Positions 29,207 through 38,959 of a stretch of DNA of 64,000 nt are shown here, one piece after another (position 1 is the stretch's first letter; each line of letters begins with the position of its first letter). A model generated the notes under the pieces. That model had not been told where the DNA came from and searched no databases. It saw nothing but the letters and a program-made list of their open reading frames with translations. Origin of the DNA: Bacteriovoracia bacterium. GTDB taxonomy: Bacteria; Bdellovibrionota; UBA1018; JBFWNL01. The translations under genes and the position numbers were made by a program. The stretch is from NCBI GenBank assembly GCA_050251055.1, contig JBFWNL010000001.1, forward strand, positions 331,825 to 395,824, in the 5' to 3' direction.

Positions 29207-29883
29207 TCCAACTGAATACGATAGCCGACGCCGCGGATGGTTTCCACGAAATCCCCGCAGACTCCGAGTTTCTTACGCAAACCAAAGACGTGGGTGTCGA
29301 TGGCGCGATCGATGACTTTCACCCCCTCGCCCTGAACGCAGTCGATCAACTTTTCCCGCGAAAGGACCCGGCCTTGGTTTCGCAGTAAAGCCGTGAGCAG
29401 CTTGAATTCGGAGGGGGTCAGCTCGATTTTATCCTGGCCACAGGCCACTTCGTGACGCTCGATGTTCATTACGAGCTGCCGGTGCCGAAGCTCATTGGCG
29501 CTCTCGAGCGAATTCTCCGGACCTGTTCGCTCGCCGCGGCGTAACAGGGCGCGCACGCGCGCCAGGAACACCGGTATATCGAAAGGCTTGGTGATGTAAT
29601 CATCCGCGCCAGCTTCCAGGCCAACGATAATATCGGCCGAATCCGCGCGGGCCGTCACCATCAAGATCGGACAGCGGCCGCGGTATTTCTTGCAAAGTTC
29701 CAAGCCCGTCAATCCCGGCAACATCCAATCGAATATCGCTAGCTGAAACGTCCCTTCGGCGAAGGCGCGGACGGCGTTCTCGCCGTCCGAAACGGCCGTC
29801 ACGTCCAGCCCTTCCCGCTTCAGGTGTAACACCAATAAGTCCTGAACGTCTTTCTCGTCTTCGACGACCAGGACTTTCTTCAA
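29203..29883 (-). CDS. phoB: OmpR/PhoB response regulator
   Basis: Receiver (DWMLP, GADDYITKPF) plus winged helix (ETIRGVGY); between phoU and phoR. Confidence 0.88.
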   Translation of the reverse strand: MKKVLVVEDEKDVQDLLVLHLKREGLDVTAVSDGENAVRAFAEGTFQLAIFDWMLPGLTGLELCKKYRGRCPILMVTARADSADIIVGLEAGADDYITKPFDIPVFLARVRALLRRGERTGPENSLESANELRHRQLVMNIERHEVACGQDKIELTPSEFKLLTALLRNQGRVLSREKLIDCVQGEGVKVIDRAIDTHVFGLRKKLGVCGDFVETIRGVGYRIQLE

Positions 29884-30560
29884 GGCGAGGCCCCACTTCC
29901 ACCGACATCTTGGGCATGGCGGATGTCCCGGCCCGTTACCACGTAAATCACGTCCTCGGCGATGTTGGTGGCGTGATCGCCCAGACGTTCGAGATTGCGG
30001 GCGATCAGGATGAGCGCCAAACCCGCATCGATACCCGCGGGCTTCTGTTTCATGATCGCCACTACATCGTTAAACACCTTGCGTTTCAGCTCATCCACCT
30101 TATCATCACGCTTCAGCACTTCGCGGGCCTGGGCTTCGCTCGCGGTGACGAAAGAGTCGATCGCGACCCGGACCATGACCTTCACTTCTTCGAACATCTG
30201 CGCCAAATCGATCAAGGGCTTGAGCTCGGGCTGCTTGAGGTAAAATTCCGCATTGTGGGCAATGTTCACCGCCTGGTCACCCATACGCTCGAGGTCGGTA
30301 TTGATTTTAATCACCGATACGATGAGCCTCAGATCGATGGCCATCGGCTGGTGCAACGCCAAAAGCTTCACGCAAGCGTCGTCCACCGCAATATGATCCT
30401 GGTTCACCTTTTTTTCGATCTCAAAGACTTCTTGGATGACGGCTAGGTCGCGGGATTTCAAACCCCGGATCGCGGTATCGATGGCCCGCTCGACGTATCC
30501 CGCCATGCCCACTAAAAGCTCGCGCAGCTCTCGAATCGAGTGCTCGAAATGTCTTTCCAT
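29880..30560 (-). CDS. phoU: Phosphate signalling protein PhoU
   Basis: QPMAIDLR, DLERMGD, LERLGDHATNIAE. Confidence 0.95.
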   Translation of the reverse strand: MERHFEHSIRELRELLVGMAGYVERAIDTAIRGLKSRDLAVIQEVFEIEKKVNQDHIAVDDACVKLLALHQPMAIDLRLIVSVIKINTDLERMGDQAVNIAHNAEFYLKQPELKPLIDLAQMFEEVKVMVRVAIDSFVTASEAQAREVLKRDDKVDELKRKVFNDVVAIMKQKPAGIDAGLALILIARNLERLGDHATNIAEDVIYVVTGRDIRHAQDVGGSGASP

Positions 30561-30562
30561 GC

Positions 30563-31366
30563 TTAACCAAACCTCCCGGTAATGTACCGCTCCGTGCGGT
30601 CATCCTTGGGGTTCGTGAAGATCTGCGAAGTCTCGCCGAATTCGACCATTTCCCCCAGTAGGAAAAAGGCTGTCTTATCCGAAATTCGCGCGGCTTGCTG
30701 CATATTATGCGTGACGATGACGATCGTCACTTCTTTCTTCAGCTCCGAAATCAGCTCCTCCACCTTCGCCGTCGAGATAGGATCCAGCGCGCTCGTCGGC
30801 TCGTCCATGAGTAAGACGCGGGGCTCCACGGCCAAAGCCCGCGCGATACAAAGACGTTGCTGCTGGCCACCCGAAAGCGAGGTTCCCGGAGCGTTTAGCT
30901 TATCTTTTACCTCATCCCACAGGGCGGCCATCTTTAAGCTCTTCTCGGCCACATCCTTTAGCACCGAGCGCCGGCGAACCCCGGCGAGCCTTAAACCAAC
31001 AACCACATTGTCCATAACGGAAAGGGCCGGGAAGGGATTGGGCTTCTGAAAGACCATTCCGATTTTGCGTCGCAGCATAACCGGATCAATTTGGCGGCCG
31101 TAAATGTTCTCATTCTCAAGCAGAACCTCGCCCGCCGCGCGCCCCCCTGGAACTTCCTCGTGCATTCGGTTCAAGCATCGAATGAAAGTGGACTTTCCGC
31201 AGCCAGACGGGCCGATGATGGCGCAAGCCGTATTCGCCTGGATTTTTAAATGAATATCGCGGACCGCCCGCACGGTACCAAAGTACGCATCCAGGCCCTT
31301 GGCCTCGAGAATGATAGGTCGGGAGGAGCCAGTTGGGGGGGAAGGCGCTTGCGAAGTAGGGCTCAT
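30563..31366 (-). CDS. pstB: Phosphate ABC ATP-binding protein
   Basis: [45 protein letters not shown]. Confidence 0.96.
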   Translation of the reverse strand: MSPTSQAPSPPTGSSRPIILEAKGLDAYFGTVRAVRDIHLKIQANTACAIIGPSGCGKSTFIRCLNRMHEEVPGGRAAGEVLLENENIYGRQIDPVMLRRKIGMVFQKPNPFPALSVMDNVVVGLRLAGVRRRSVLKDVAEKSLKMAALWDEVKDKLNAPGTSLSGGQQQRLCIARALAVEPRVLLMDEPTSALDPISTAKVEELISELKKEVTIVIVTHNMQQAARISDKTAFFLLGEMVEFGETSQIFTNPKDDRTERYITGRFG

Positions 31367-31379
31367 AGTTTCCTCGTTC

Positions 31380-32255
31380 TCATCCTTCCGATATGCTGCC
31401 GGTCTGGCGGATCACTAGGCGCGTGAGCAGATTCAAGCTGAAAACCAGCGCCACCAAAACAAATGCGCCCGCCCAAGCTTGCCGATGCCAATCGTCAAAC
31501 GGACTAATCGCATAGTTGTAAATCTGCACCGGCAGAGAGGCGATCGGTTGATCCAGCCCCTGATGCCAAAACCGGTTACTGAGCGCCGTGAACAGCAGCG
31601 GCGCCGTCTCCCCCGCCACGCGCGCAAGCGATAACATGACGCCCGTGGTGATCGCGCCTACGCTTCCGCGCAGCACGATTCGCAAGATCACCTTCCAGCG
31701 CGGAAGCCCCAGCGCCAAACCCGCCTCGCGGATATGGACGGGAACCATCTTCAGGATTTCTTCCGTCGCGCGCGCCACGGTGGGAACCATCAGAATCCCC
31801 AACGCGAGCGCGCCGGCGAGCGCCGAGAAACGCTTCATCTGCACGACCACTAACGCGTACACGAAGAGACCAATGATAATGGAAGGAATACTGGCGAGCA
31901 TGTCGACGCTAAAACGCACGATCGTTCCGATACGGCCGCGGCCGTACTCCGAAAGGTAAATTCCGATCAACATTCCCCAGGGCACGCCCCAGGCCGCCGC
32001 GATCACGACGAGAATCGCCGACCCCACCAGCGCGTTCGCCATGCCTCCCCCGGCTTCGCCCACGGGTTTGGGAATTTCGGTGAAGAAACTCCAGTTCAAG
32101 GCGGGAAACCCCTCCTTTAAGACATAACCGAAAACATGGAAGAGCGGTACGATCGCGACGAGCGTCGCCAGTACCAAAGTCAAGAGCGCCAGCCAGTTGA
32201 TGAACTTGCGGAGCGGATATCCTTTGGCAACGAATTCGGAAAATCTCGTTTCCAT
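31380..32255 (-). CDS. pstA: Phosphate ABC permease
   Basis: [33 protein letters not shown]; ATG overlaps the pstC stop (TGATG). Confidence 0.93.
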   Translation of the reverse strand: METRFSEFVAKGYPLRKFINWLALLTLVLATLVAIVPLFHVFGYVLKEGFPALNWSFFTEIPKPVGEAGGGMANALVGSAILVVIAAAWGVPWGMLIGIYLSEYGRGRIGTIVRFSVDMLASIPSIIIGLFVYALVVVQMKRFSALAGALALGILMVPTVARATEEILKMVPVHIREAGLALGLPRWKVILRIVLRGSVGAITTGVMLSLARVAGETAPLLFTALSNRFWHQGLDQPIASLPVQIYNYAISPFDDWHRQAWAGAFVLVALVFSLNLLTRLVIRQTGSISEG

Positions 32256-33226
32256 CAGCGCGGGCTCCTTCCCAAGGTGCTGCGCCAAACAAAAAGACGA
32301 GCCAGCGCATTAATAATGAAAGTAACGGCGAAGAGCACGAGCCCAATCTCCATGAGCGCCGCCAGGTGGAAGTCGCTCGTGGCCTCAGCGTATTCGTTGG
32401 CCAGCACGCTCGACATGGTTTGCCCGGGAGCAAAGAGCGAAGCCGAGATCTGGGCGCGATTGCCGATGACCATGGTCACGGCCATGGTTTCGCCCAGGGC
32501 CCGCCCTAGGCCCAGAATGATCGCGCCAAACACGCCGGACTTCGCGCTTCCCAGAACCGACAGTCGCATCATCTCCCAGCGGGTGGCGCCGATGGCGAGC
32601 GCGGCTTCGCGCTGGGCCCGCGGGATGGAATTGAAAACTTCCCGGGAGAGCGAGCTAATCGTGGGGATGATCATGATCGCCAAAATCACCCCAGCCGCGA
32701 GCATGCCCACACCGTAGGCCGGCCCCTGGAAGAACGGCAAAAAACCCAGCGTTTTAGCAAGAAACGGTTCGACCGTCGTGCGCAGCCAGGGTGCCAGCAC
32801 GAAGATACCCCAGAGGCCGTAGACCACGCTGGGAATCGCCGCGAGCATCTCCACCAGAAACCCTAAGACCTTGGCCGCCGTACGCGGCAAAAGATCGGTC
32901 AAGGCGAGCGCGATCCCCACCCCGATCGGACCACCAATGCCGATGGCCAAGAGCGAAGACACAATCGTGCCGTAAATCACGGGGGCCGATCCGAAGATTT
33001 CCCGCACCGGGTCCCACACCGAGGAAGTGACGAACGCAAAGCCAAAACGCGTGATCGAGGGCCAGGCGGCCCGTAGCAAGAAAAGCGCAATCAGGATCAG
33101 TACCACCGGCAGCGCCAAGGCGAAGATCCGTAGGACGTTGGAAAAAATGACATCGCCGGGATGGATATCCCGGCGACGTTTTTCCGGAGCCGGTTTTTCC
33201 AGCGCCGCGACTGAGCTTTCGGGCAG
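32255..33226 (-). CDS. pstC: Phosphate ABC permease (probable CTG start at 33226; first near-canonical start is TTG 33118)
   Basis: LAAIPSVVYGLWG, GRALGETMAV, ANEYAEA; frame stays open and PstC-like (GDVIFSNVLRIFAL) upstream of 33118. Confidence 0.9.
   Translation of the reverse strand: MPESSVAALEKPAPEKRRRDIHPGDVIFSNVLRIFALALPVVLILIALFLLRAAWPSITRFGFAFVTSSVWDPVREIFGSAPVIYGTIVSSLLAIGIGGPIGVGIALALTDLLPRTAAKVLGFLVEMLAAIPSVVYGLWGIFVLAPWLRTTVEPFLAKTLGFLPFFQGPAYGVGMLAAGVILAIMIIPTISSLSREVFNSIPRAQREAALAIGATRWEMMRLSVLGSAKSGVFGAIILGLGRALGETMAVTMVIGNRAQISASLFAPGQTMSSVLANEYAEATSDFHLAALMEIGLVLFAVTFIINALARLFVWRSTLGRSPR
33142..33178 (-). terminator. Stem-loop/terminator-like structure after pstS
   Basis: 12-bp stem cgtcgccgggat/atcccggcgatg followed by tca and T6 on the minus strand. 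Confidence 0.6.
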
Positions 33227-33237
33227 TACGCTGACTG

Positions 33238-34278
33238 CTACTTCGTTTGAATCGATTTGATCTTGGTCTCAACTTTCTTGACCATCGCCTTGGGCAGAGG
33301 CGCGTAGTGCAAGGGTTCGGCGAACTTTTGGCCATCCTTGACGGCCCAATTCAAAAACTTGGTGATTTTTGAGCCCTTGGCCTTGTCCAGGGATTGGTAG
33401 ACCAAAAGGTAAGTAAAGCCGCTGATCGGATAGGAGTCCTTGCCGTCGGCGTCCGTGATGGACACACGAAAGTCCTCCGGCATCTTTTTCAACGCGCCCG
33501 CGGCGGCGGCCGAAACCGTTTTCAAATCCGGCGTGACAAAGGCCTTCGCCTTGTTTTGCACGGCGGCGTAGTTAAGGCCGTTATTCTTGGCATAAATCAA
33601 CTCCACGTAGCCGATGCTGCCGGGGGTTTGCTTTACAAGCCCCGTGACGCCTTCGTTACCCTTGCCGCCTAAGCCCGTCGGCCAATTGACCGCGGTGCCT
33701 TGGCCAACTTTGGATTTCCAATCGGCGCTCACCTTGCTGAGATAATCCGTGAAAATGCCGCTCGTGCCGCTGCCATCGGAACGGTGGACTACCATGACGG
33801 CGGAATCTGGGAGCTTCACGCCGGGGTTAGCGGCCGTGATCTTCGCGTCGTTCCACTTCGTGAGCTTGCCCAGGAAGATATCGGCGATCACTTCCGGGGT
33901 GAGCTTCAAAGCTTCTTTCACTTCGGGGAGGTTGTACGTCAACACGACCGCGCCGAGCACGGTGGGGATGTGCAGGACCGGAGTCGTGGACTTGGCGATT
34001 TGCTCATCGGTCATTGGAGCATCGGTGGCGCCGAAATCGACCGTTTTTTCCAGGAACTGGCGGATGCCGCCACCACTACCGATCGACTGGTAGTTAATCT
34101 GCACGCTCTCGTCCACTTTGCCGTATTCCGTGAACCACTTCGAATAAAGAGGATACGGGAAGGTGGCACCCGCGCCGTTGATCAGCACCGGGGTGTTCGC
34201 GGCCTGGGCGACGCCGAGCAATGCCCAGCCGCCTACGACCAATCCAACTCTCAACATGAGGGTGGGTTCAAATTTCAT
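33238..34278 (-). CDS. pstS: Phosphate ABC substrate-binding protein
   Basis: GAGATFPYPLY, YQSIGSGGG, HRSDGSGTS, YPISGFTY. Confidence 0.96.
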   Translation of the reverse strand: MKFEPTLMLRVGLVVGGWALLGVAQAANTPVLINGAGATFPYPLYSKWFTEYGKVDESVQINYQSIGSGGGIRQFLEKTVDFGATDAPMTDEQIAKSTTPVLHIPTVLGAVVLTYNLPEVKEALKLTPEVIADIFLGKLTKWNDAKITAANPGVKLPDSAVMVVHRSDGSGTSGIFTDYLSKVSADWKSKVGQGTAVNWPTGLGGKGNEGVTGLVKQTPGSIGYVELIYAKNNGLNYAAVQNKAKAFVTPDLKTVSAAAAGALKKMPEDFRVSITDADGKDSYPISGFTYLLVYQSLDKAKGSKITKFLNWAVKDGQKFAEPLHYAPLPKAMVKKVETKIKSIQTK

Positions 34279-34337
34279 TTTGTTTCTCCTGACTTTTCTT
34301 TGCTTCTTATTTTAGTGCGGAGAAAATAACTCCAAAG

Positions 34338-34367
34338 GTCAGGTTTGTTTGTCAGGATTTGGTTAGG
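34338..34367 (-). promoter_or_regulatory. Candidate Pho box
   Basis: Direct hexamers CCTAAC/CCTGAC/CCTGAC with 11- and 13-bp periods, 60-90 nt upstream of pstS. Confidence 0.5.
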
Positions 34368-34439
34368 AACCAGGAACCCTCACCCAACCCTATCATGCTG
34401 TTATTAAAGGAGATTTTTTCGGCGCCTAGGGTCTAACCC

Positions 34440-35861
34440 CTACTCGTCTATACGCTCGCCAGGGCGGCCCCCAAGGCGGATACCGTAGCGTTGGGCCTTG
34501 CGATACAGCGTAGCCCGGTCAATGCCCAGGATTTCGGAAGCTCTGGATTTATTGTACTTCACGTCCTCTAGTACCTTGAGGATATGGGCTCGCTCTACCT
34601 CCTCCAGTGACCGCTCGGGGCCCGTAACCGCTTCGGAGGGTTGCCCCACGAGGGTGCCGATCGACGCCCCCCCCTTTTTCTTGTCAAAGCCGCGGGAAAT
34701 CTCCGGGGGGAAATCTTCGGGAAACAACACGTTCGTCCGAGTCATCGCCACCGCGCGCTCCACCGCGTGCTCAAGCTCCCGCACGTTCCCCGGCCAGGGG
34801 TAGCGGTTCAACAGCTCGAGCGCATCTTCCGAGATATGGGAAACGCTCTTTTTGTTCTTCTCCGAATAGCGCGCCAGGAAAAAATTCAGGAGTTCCGGTA
34901 AGTCTTCCAATCGGCTGCGCAGCGGCGGCAGGTCGATGGCGATCACCTTCAGGCGATAGTACAAGTCTTCCCGAAACGCTTTCGTGCGGACCATCTCGTC
35001 CAGATCCCGGTGCGTGGCGGCGATCACCCGAACGTCCACTTTCCGCGTGCGGGTGTCCCCTACGGCCTTGATCTCGCCTTCCTGCAGCACACGCAAGAGC
35101 TTGATCTGCATGGCGGGGCTGATATCGCCGATCTCGTCAAGGAACAGGGTCCCATCGTTGGCCTCTTCGAAAAGTCCGACTTTGTCGTGGTTCGCCCCGG
35201 TGAACGCGCCCCGCAGATGCCCGAAGAGCTCGCTCTCGAGCAGCGTTTCGGCGAGCGCTCCGCAGTTGACGGCCACGAACTTCTTCAACTTGCGGGGGCT
35301 GTTGTCGTGGATGGCGCGCGCGATCAACTCCTTGCCCGTGCCGCTCTCACCGGTGATGAGCACGCTACTGTCGGAAATCGTCGCCCGCGCGAGGATCTTA
35401 TAGACTTCCACGATCTGCGGCGAGCGGCCAATGAAAACCTTGGTCGAAAAGGGCACCGCCGGAACCTTCGCCCCGCTCTTTGCCGGCGACATCACCGTCG
35501 ACCAGTGCTTGGCCGCGCGGGCGATCACGGCCTTGAGGTCCTCGATGCGAAACGGCTTGCTGACGTAGTCGAACGCACCCTTCTGAACCGCCTCGACCGC
35601 CGTTTCCATGCTCCCAAAACCCGTCATGAGCACCACGACGGAGCGATGCCCTTTCTGCTTCACCGCCGCGAGAAGCCCCATCCCGTCCAGTTCGAGCATG
35701 CGAATATCGGAAAGCACCAGGGGGAACTCCTGCTTGGCGATTTGCTTCAGGGCGGCCTCGCCGCTCACGGCGAGCGTGACCCGGTAGCCTTCCTTCAGAA
35801 AGACTTCCTGAAGCAGGTTCCGCGTCACTTCGTCGTCGTCGACTACCAAAATCTCCGTCAT
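34440..35861 (-). CDS. Sigma54-dependent NtrC-family response regulator
   Basis: Receiver, GESGTGKE, GAFTGA, FREDLYYRL, WPGNVREL, Fis-type HTH. Confidence 0.95.
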   Translation of the reverse strand: MTEILVVDDDEVTRNLLQEVFLKEGYRVTLAVSGEAALKQIAKQEFPLVLSDIRMLELDGMGLLAAVKQKGHRSVVVLMTGFGSMETAVEAVQKGAFDYVSKPFRIEDLKAVIARAAKHWSTVMSPAKSGAKVPAVPFSTKVFIGRSPQIVEVYKILARATISDSSVLITGESGTGKELIARAIHDNSPRKLKKFVAVNCGALAETLLESELFGHLRGAFTGANHDKVGLFEEANDGTLFLDEIGDISPAMQIKLLRVLQEGEIKAVGDTRTRKVDVRVIAATHRDLDEMVRTKAFREDLYYRLKVIAIDLPPLRSRLEDLPELLNFFLARYSEKNKKSVSHISEDALELLNRYPWPGNVRELEHAVERAVAMTRTNVLFPEDFPPEISRGFDKKKGGASIGTLVGQPSEAVTGPERSLEEVERAHILKVLEDVKYNKSRASEILGIDRATLYRKAQRYGIRLGGRPGERIDE

Positions 35862-37312
35862 GCCTTCTCACCGTAACCTTCGGCATAGGGTATGCGCACC
35901 GTCACCCGCGTCCACTTCCCTTCCCGAGATTCCACTTCCAGTCCCCCTCCATATTTTTTCACCAGCTCCTGGCAAATCGTCAATCCTAGACCCGTGCCCT
36001 CGCCTTTTTGTTTGGTCGTGAAAAAGGGCTTCAACACATTGCGTAGGTCCTCGCTCCGAATGCCCATGCCGGTGTCGTACACGATCACCTCGGCGAATTC
36101 CCGGCCCTGGTCGTGTTTCTTACCGGTCAAAATCTTGAGCGACATCTGCGGCATCGTGGGCGCGCGCGTACGCTTCGCCTTCAGACTGTCGATCGAGTTA
36201 TTCAAGAGATTGAGCATGATCTGCTCGATCTCCACGGGTACCGCCCGCAGCGGGCCCAATGCGAGGGTCGGGTGAACCTGCGTGTCGATCCGCAGAGCCT
36301 CGGTGCGCGGGCGCACAAGCGCGACCGTGCGCTGGACCACCTCGTTTAAGTCCACGAGCTGGCGCTGCGACTTTGGCTTGGCCGTGCTGTCGAGGAAGTC
36401 GCGCACGATCTGCGCGATCTTGCTGATCTGGCCGTTGATGATCTGGATGCGATCGCCGATGGAAGACTGGGCCGCCCCCCGGTCAGACTTCACCTCCTCA
36501 GCCAATAACTGCATATGTCCGCCGATGGAATTCAGCGGAGTGCCAATCTCGTGAGCAAAGCTCGCGGTAAGCTGGCCCATGACGGCGAGCTTCTCGGAGG
36601 TGAGCAGCCGGCGCTCGGCCTCGTGCAGCTGCTCGGAAAGCTGAAGATTGGCGGTCTGGGTCTGTCGCAGCAGGCGCTCGTTGGAGATGGCGATCCGTAA
36701 GAAATAACTCAGGGCTAAAATCAGCACGATCACCGAGAGCGCGGCCCCGCCCACGGTGATGCGGGAAAACGCGTTCAAGATATCTTCTACCGCCGTCGTC
36801 GCGATCGACAGCACGATCACCCCGGTCACCCGTCCCGACTTGCTTTTAATGGGTGCCCGAATATTGAAAATGGGAGGATCCTCGTTGGGTTCCTGATCCA
36901 CCTCGATCTGAGAAATCGGATGCAGCTTCGCCGTCAGCTCCGCCAAATCGTCGGTCGAGCCGTAAGACGCCATGTGCTTGTAGTTTTCTTTGGCGGGTTC
37001 CTTGGCTCCGGGCGATGGAGCTTCGACCTTGAACACGTGCACGCTTAAAATGTTGGGCTGCAGATAGACGATTTCGGAAATGGCGTCGGCGATCTGGGCT
37101 TCGGAATCGTTCTTACCAAAGAGCTGGTGACTGGAGATCTCGGTCGCGAGCGTCTTGGCGGAGGTCACCCCAACGTTCTTGAGCTCGTCTAGGAGGATGG
37201 GGCTAGCGACTTGGTTTTCGACCCAAGTCACCACCATAAAGGTGGGCAGGATCACGAAGACCAGGATGATGATGACCTTCGTTTGCAGGTCCAGGCGCTT
37301 GAGCCAGTTCAC
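35858..37312 (-). CDS. NtrB-type sensor histidine kinase
   Basis: Two TM segments, FAHEIGTPLN, PFFTTKQKGEGTGLGL. Confidence 0.92.
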   Translation of the reverse strand: MNWLKRLDLQTKVIIILVFVILPTFMVVTWVENQVASPILLDELKNVGVTSAKTLATEISSHQLFGKNDSEAQIADAISEIVYLQPNILSVHVFKVEAPSPGAKEPAKENYKHMASYGSTDDLAELTAKLHPISQIEVDQEPNEDPPIFNIRAPIKSKSGRVTGVIVLSIATTAVEDILNAFSRITVGGAALSVIVLILALSYFLRIAISNERLLRQTQTANLQLSEQLHEAERRLLTSEKLAVMGQLTASFAHEIGTPLNSIGGHMQLLAEEVKSDRGAAQSSIGDRIQIINGQISKIAQIVRDFLDSTAKPKSQRQLVDLNEVVQRTVALVRPRTEALRIDTQVHPTLALGPLRAVPVEIEQIMLNLLNNSIDSLKAKRTRAPTMPQMSLKILTGKKHDQGREFAEVIVYDTGMGIRSEDLRNVLKPFFTTKQKGEGTGLGLTICQELVKKYGGGLEVESREGKWTRVTVRIPYAEGYGEKA

Positions 37313-37327
37313 CCCGGGGGCCTTTGG

Positions 37328-37603
37328 CTAGTCGCCGCCGTTGCTGTAGCTGTCCGGCGGAGGGGGCGTGTAGCCGCCGGCGTCCGGAGGCGGAGCGGAG
37401 TACTGGCTCGGATCGTTATTGTAGTTTTGATTGTTGTAAGTATCCGCCGGCGGAGGGGGCGTCGAATTGGGGTAGCTATCGGCGTTGCTATAATCGTCCT
37501 CAGCCAACGCGCGGTTTCCTTCGGCTCCCGCGATCACGACAAGCGCGACGATCATTCCTACGCTTAAGCCCAACCAAAACCGCCCATGAAACCGATGCTT
37601 CAT
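37328..37603 (-). CDS. Small exported Pro/Asn/Tyr-rich protein
   Basis: GAGG RBS, signal peptide (ALA/ED), two TPPPPxD(T/S)Y units. Confidence 0.6.
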   Translation of the reverse strand: MKHRFHGRFWLGLSVGMIVALVVIAGAEGNRALAEDDYSNADSYPNSTPPPPADTYNNQNYNNDPSQYSAPPPDAGGYTPPPPDSYSNGGD

Positions 37604-37684
37604 ACTTACCTCTGCCCTCAAAATAGCACATCTCTGTGCGGCGTGCCAATCGGGATTTTTCCGCGAATTTTCACCGTTTTTTTC

Positions 37685-37718
37685 AAAAAAAAAGCCCCTT
37701 TCCGTTTAGGAAAGGGGC
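37685..37718 (-). terminator. Rho-independent terminator
   Basis: 10-bp stem gcccctttcc/ggaaaggggc followed by T9 on the minus strand. Confidence 0.85.
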
Positions 37719-37762
37719 CTCTTCGAACCGGGAAAAACCGGTTCAAACCAATTCAAAAAGAA

Positions 37763-37984
37763 TTAGTGGGAAGCGGCGGCTTTCTTCGCCTTCTTCGCCT
37801 TCTTGCCACCCTTCTTCATGGCCTTTTCAGCCTTCGGGGCTTCAGCGTGAGCAGCGTCGGCAGCGCCGGCGGCAGCTTCGGCGGCGTGTTCTTCACCCGT
37901 CGCAGCACCATGATCATCCGCGTGAACCACAGGCATCAAAGCCAAACCAAACAACACCGCAACCAAGCTAGCTACTTTCTTCAT
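37763..37984 (-). CDS. Small periplasmic Ala/Lys-rich protein (Asr-like composition)
   Basis: GGAG RBS, signal VHA/DD, acidic His-containing middle, KKAKKAKKA tail. Confidence 0.7.
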   Translation of the reverse strand: MKKVASLVAVLFGLALMPVVHADDHGAATGEEHAAEAAAGAADAAHAEAPKAEKAMKKGGKKAKKAKKAAASH

Positions 37985-38050
37985 CGTATTCTCCATATAG
38001 GAATGAGTTAACGTAAAACGACCGGTCACAAGACTAGTCCCCATGCATTC

Positions 38051-38066
38051 AGCAAATTCAATGCCA
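38051..38066 (-). promoter_or_regulatory. Sigma54 (-24/-12) promoter
   Basis: Minus strand TGGCAT-TGAAT-TTGCT upstream of 37984. Confidence 0.7.
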
Positions 38067-38242
38067 CCCTCAGCGCCGTTAAACCTTCGCTTTCGCCGCC
38101 TCCGAAGGAAACTTGCTGAAACCTGCGCCACGTTAAAGTTTTGGCGCTGCAACTTGCAACATGAACCGGCGGGTCATATAAACCGTCCCCCGGCAACCGG
38201 ATCGCTCGTCACCCCGCCCAAACCCGGGTACACTGGAGGGAT

Positions 38243-38959
38243 ATGCAGATGACCTTCCTCTTAAATGCGCTGCTACTCTTGATATTCAGCCCCTGCGCTT
38301 CTGCAAGCACGGACGGCGAAGTCACGGATTTCTCCAAAGCGAAGTGGGAGAAGCATAGCGACGACGACGGCGTGCGCGTAGACATCTGGGAAGTTCCGAA
38401 CAGCCCGACTTTCGCTTTTCGCGCCGAAGGCGAAATCGAAGCGCCGGTTGGCAAGGTAGCGAGCGTATTGATCGACCTGACCCGCCGCAAGGAGTGGAAC
38501 TCCGACGTCGGCGAGGCCCGTACCCTACGCCAGATTTCCGCGACCGAGCGCCTGGATTACTGGGTGATCGAGACCCCGTTCGTGATCAAAGACCGGGACT
38601 TCGTGCTGCACACGAAAGCCGAATTCGATGTTCCCAATAACACGCTGTTTTTGAAGTTCCACTCCACCGACGACCCGGCGATGCCGGAGACAAGCCGGGT
38701 GCGCGGCAAGATCCACAACAGCTATTACTCGCTCACCCCGTCCCCCGACGGCAAAAAAACCAAAGTCGTCTTTCTCGTTCACGTCGATCCGATGGGCAGC
38801 TGCCCGAAGTGGATCGTCAATATGTTCCAAAAGGGCTATCCGCATCGCAACCTCACCGCCTTGCGCAAACAGGTCATGAAGCCCGACATCGGAGAACACG
38901 CGCAGGTGAAAGCGCTCTTTGAGACGAAGCAGATCAACCGTCTCATCATGGGTAAGTAA
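38243..38959 (+). CDS. Secreted START-domain lipid-binding protein
   Basis: Signal peptide; RKEWN, TPFVIKDRDFV, HVDPMGSCPKWIVN. Confidence 0.85.
   Translation: MQMTFLLNALLLLIFSPCASASTDGEVTDFSKAKWEKHSDDDGVRVDIWEVPNSPTFAFRAEGEIEAPVGKVASVLIDLTRRKEWNSDVGEARTLRQISATERLDYWVIETPFVIKDRDFVLHTKAEFDVPNNTLFLKFHSTDDPAMPETSRVRGKIHNSYYSLTPSPDGKKTKVVFLVHVDPMGSCPKWIVNMFQKGYPHRNLTALRKQVMKPDIGEHAQVKALFETKQINRLIMGK

Noticed and set aside
37633-37649. Second sigma54 promoter (TTGGCACG) upstream of 37603
   Set aside because: No TTGC at the -12 position
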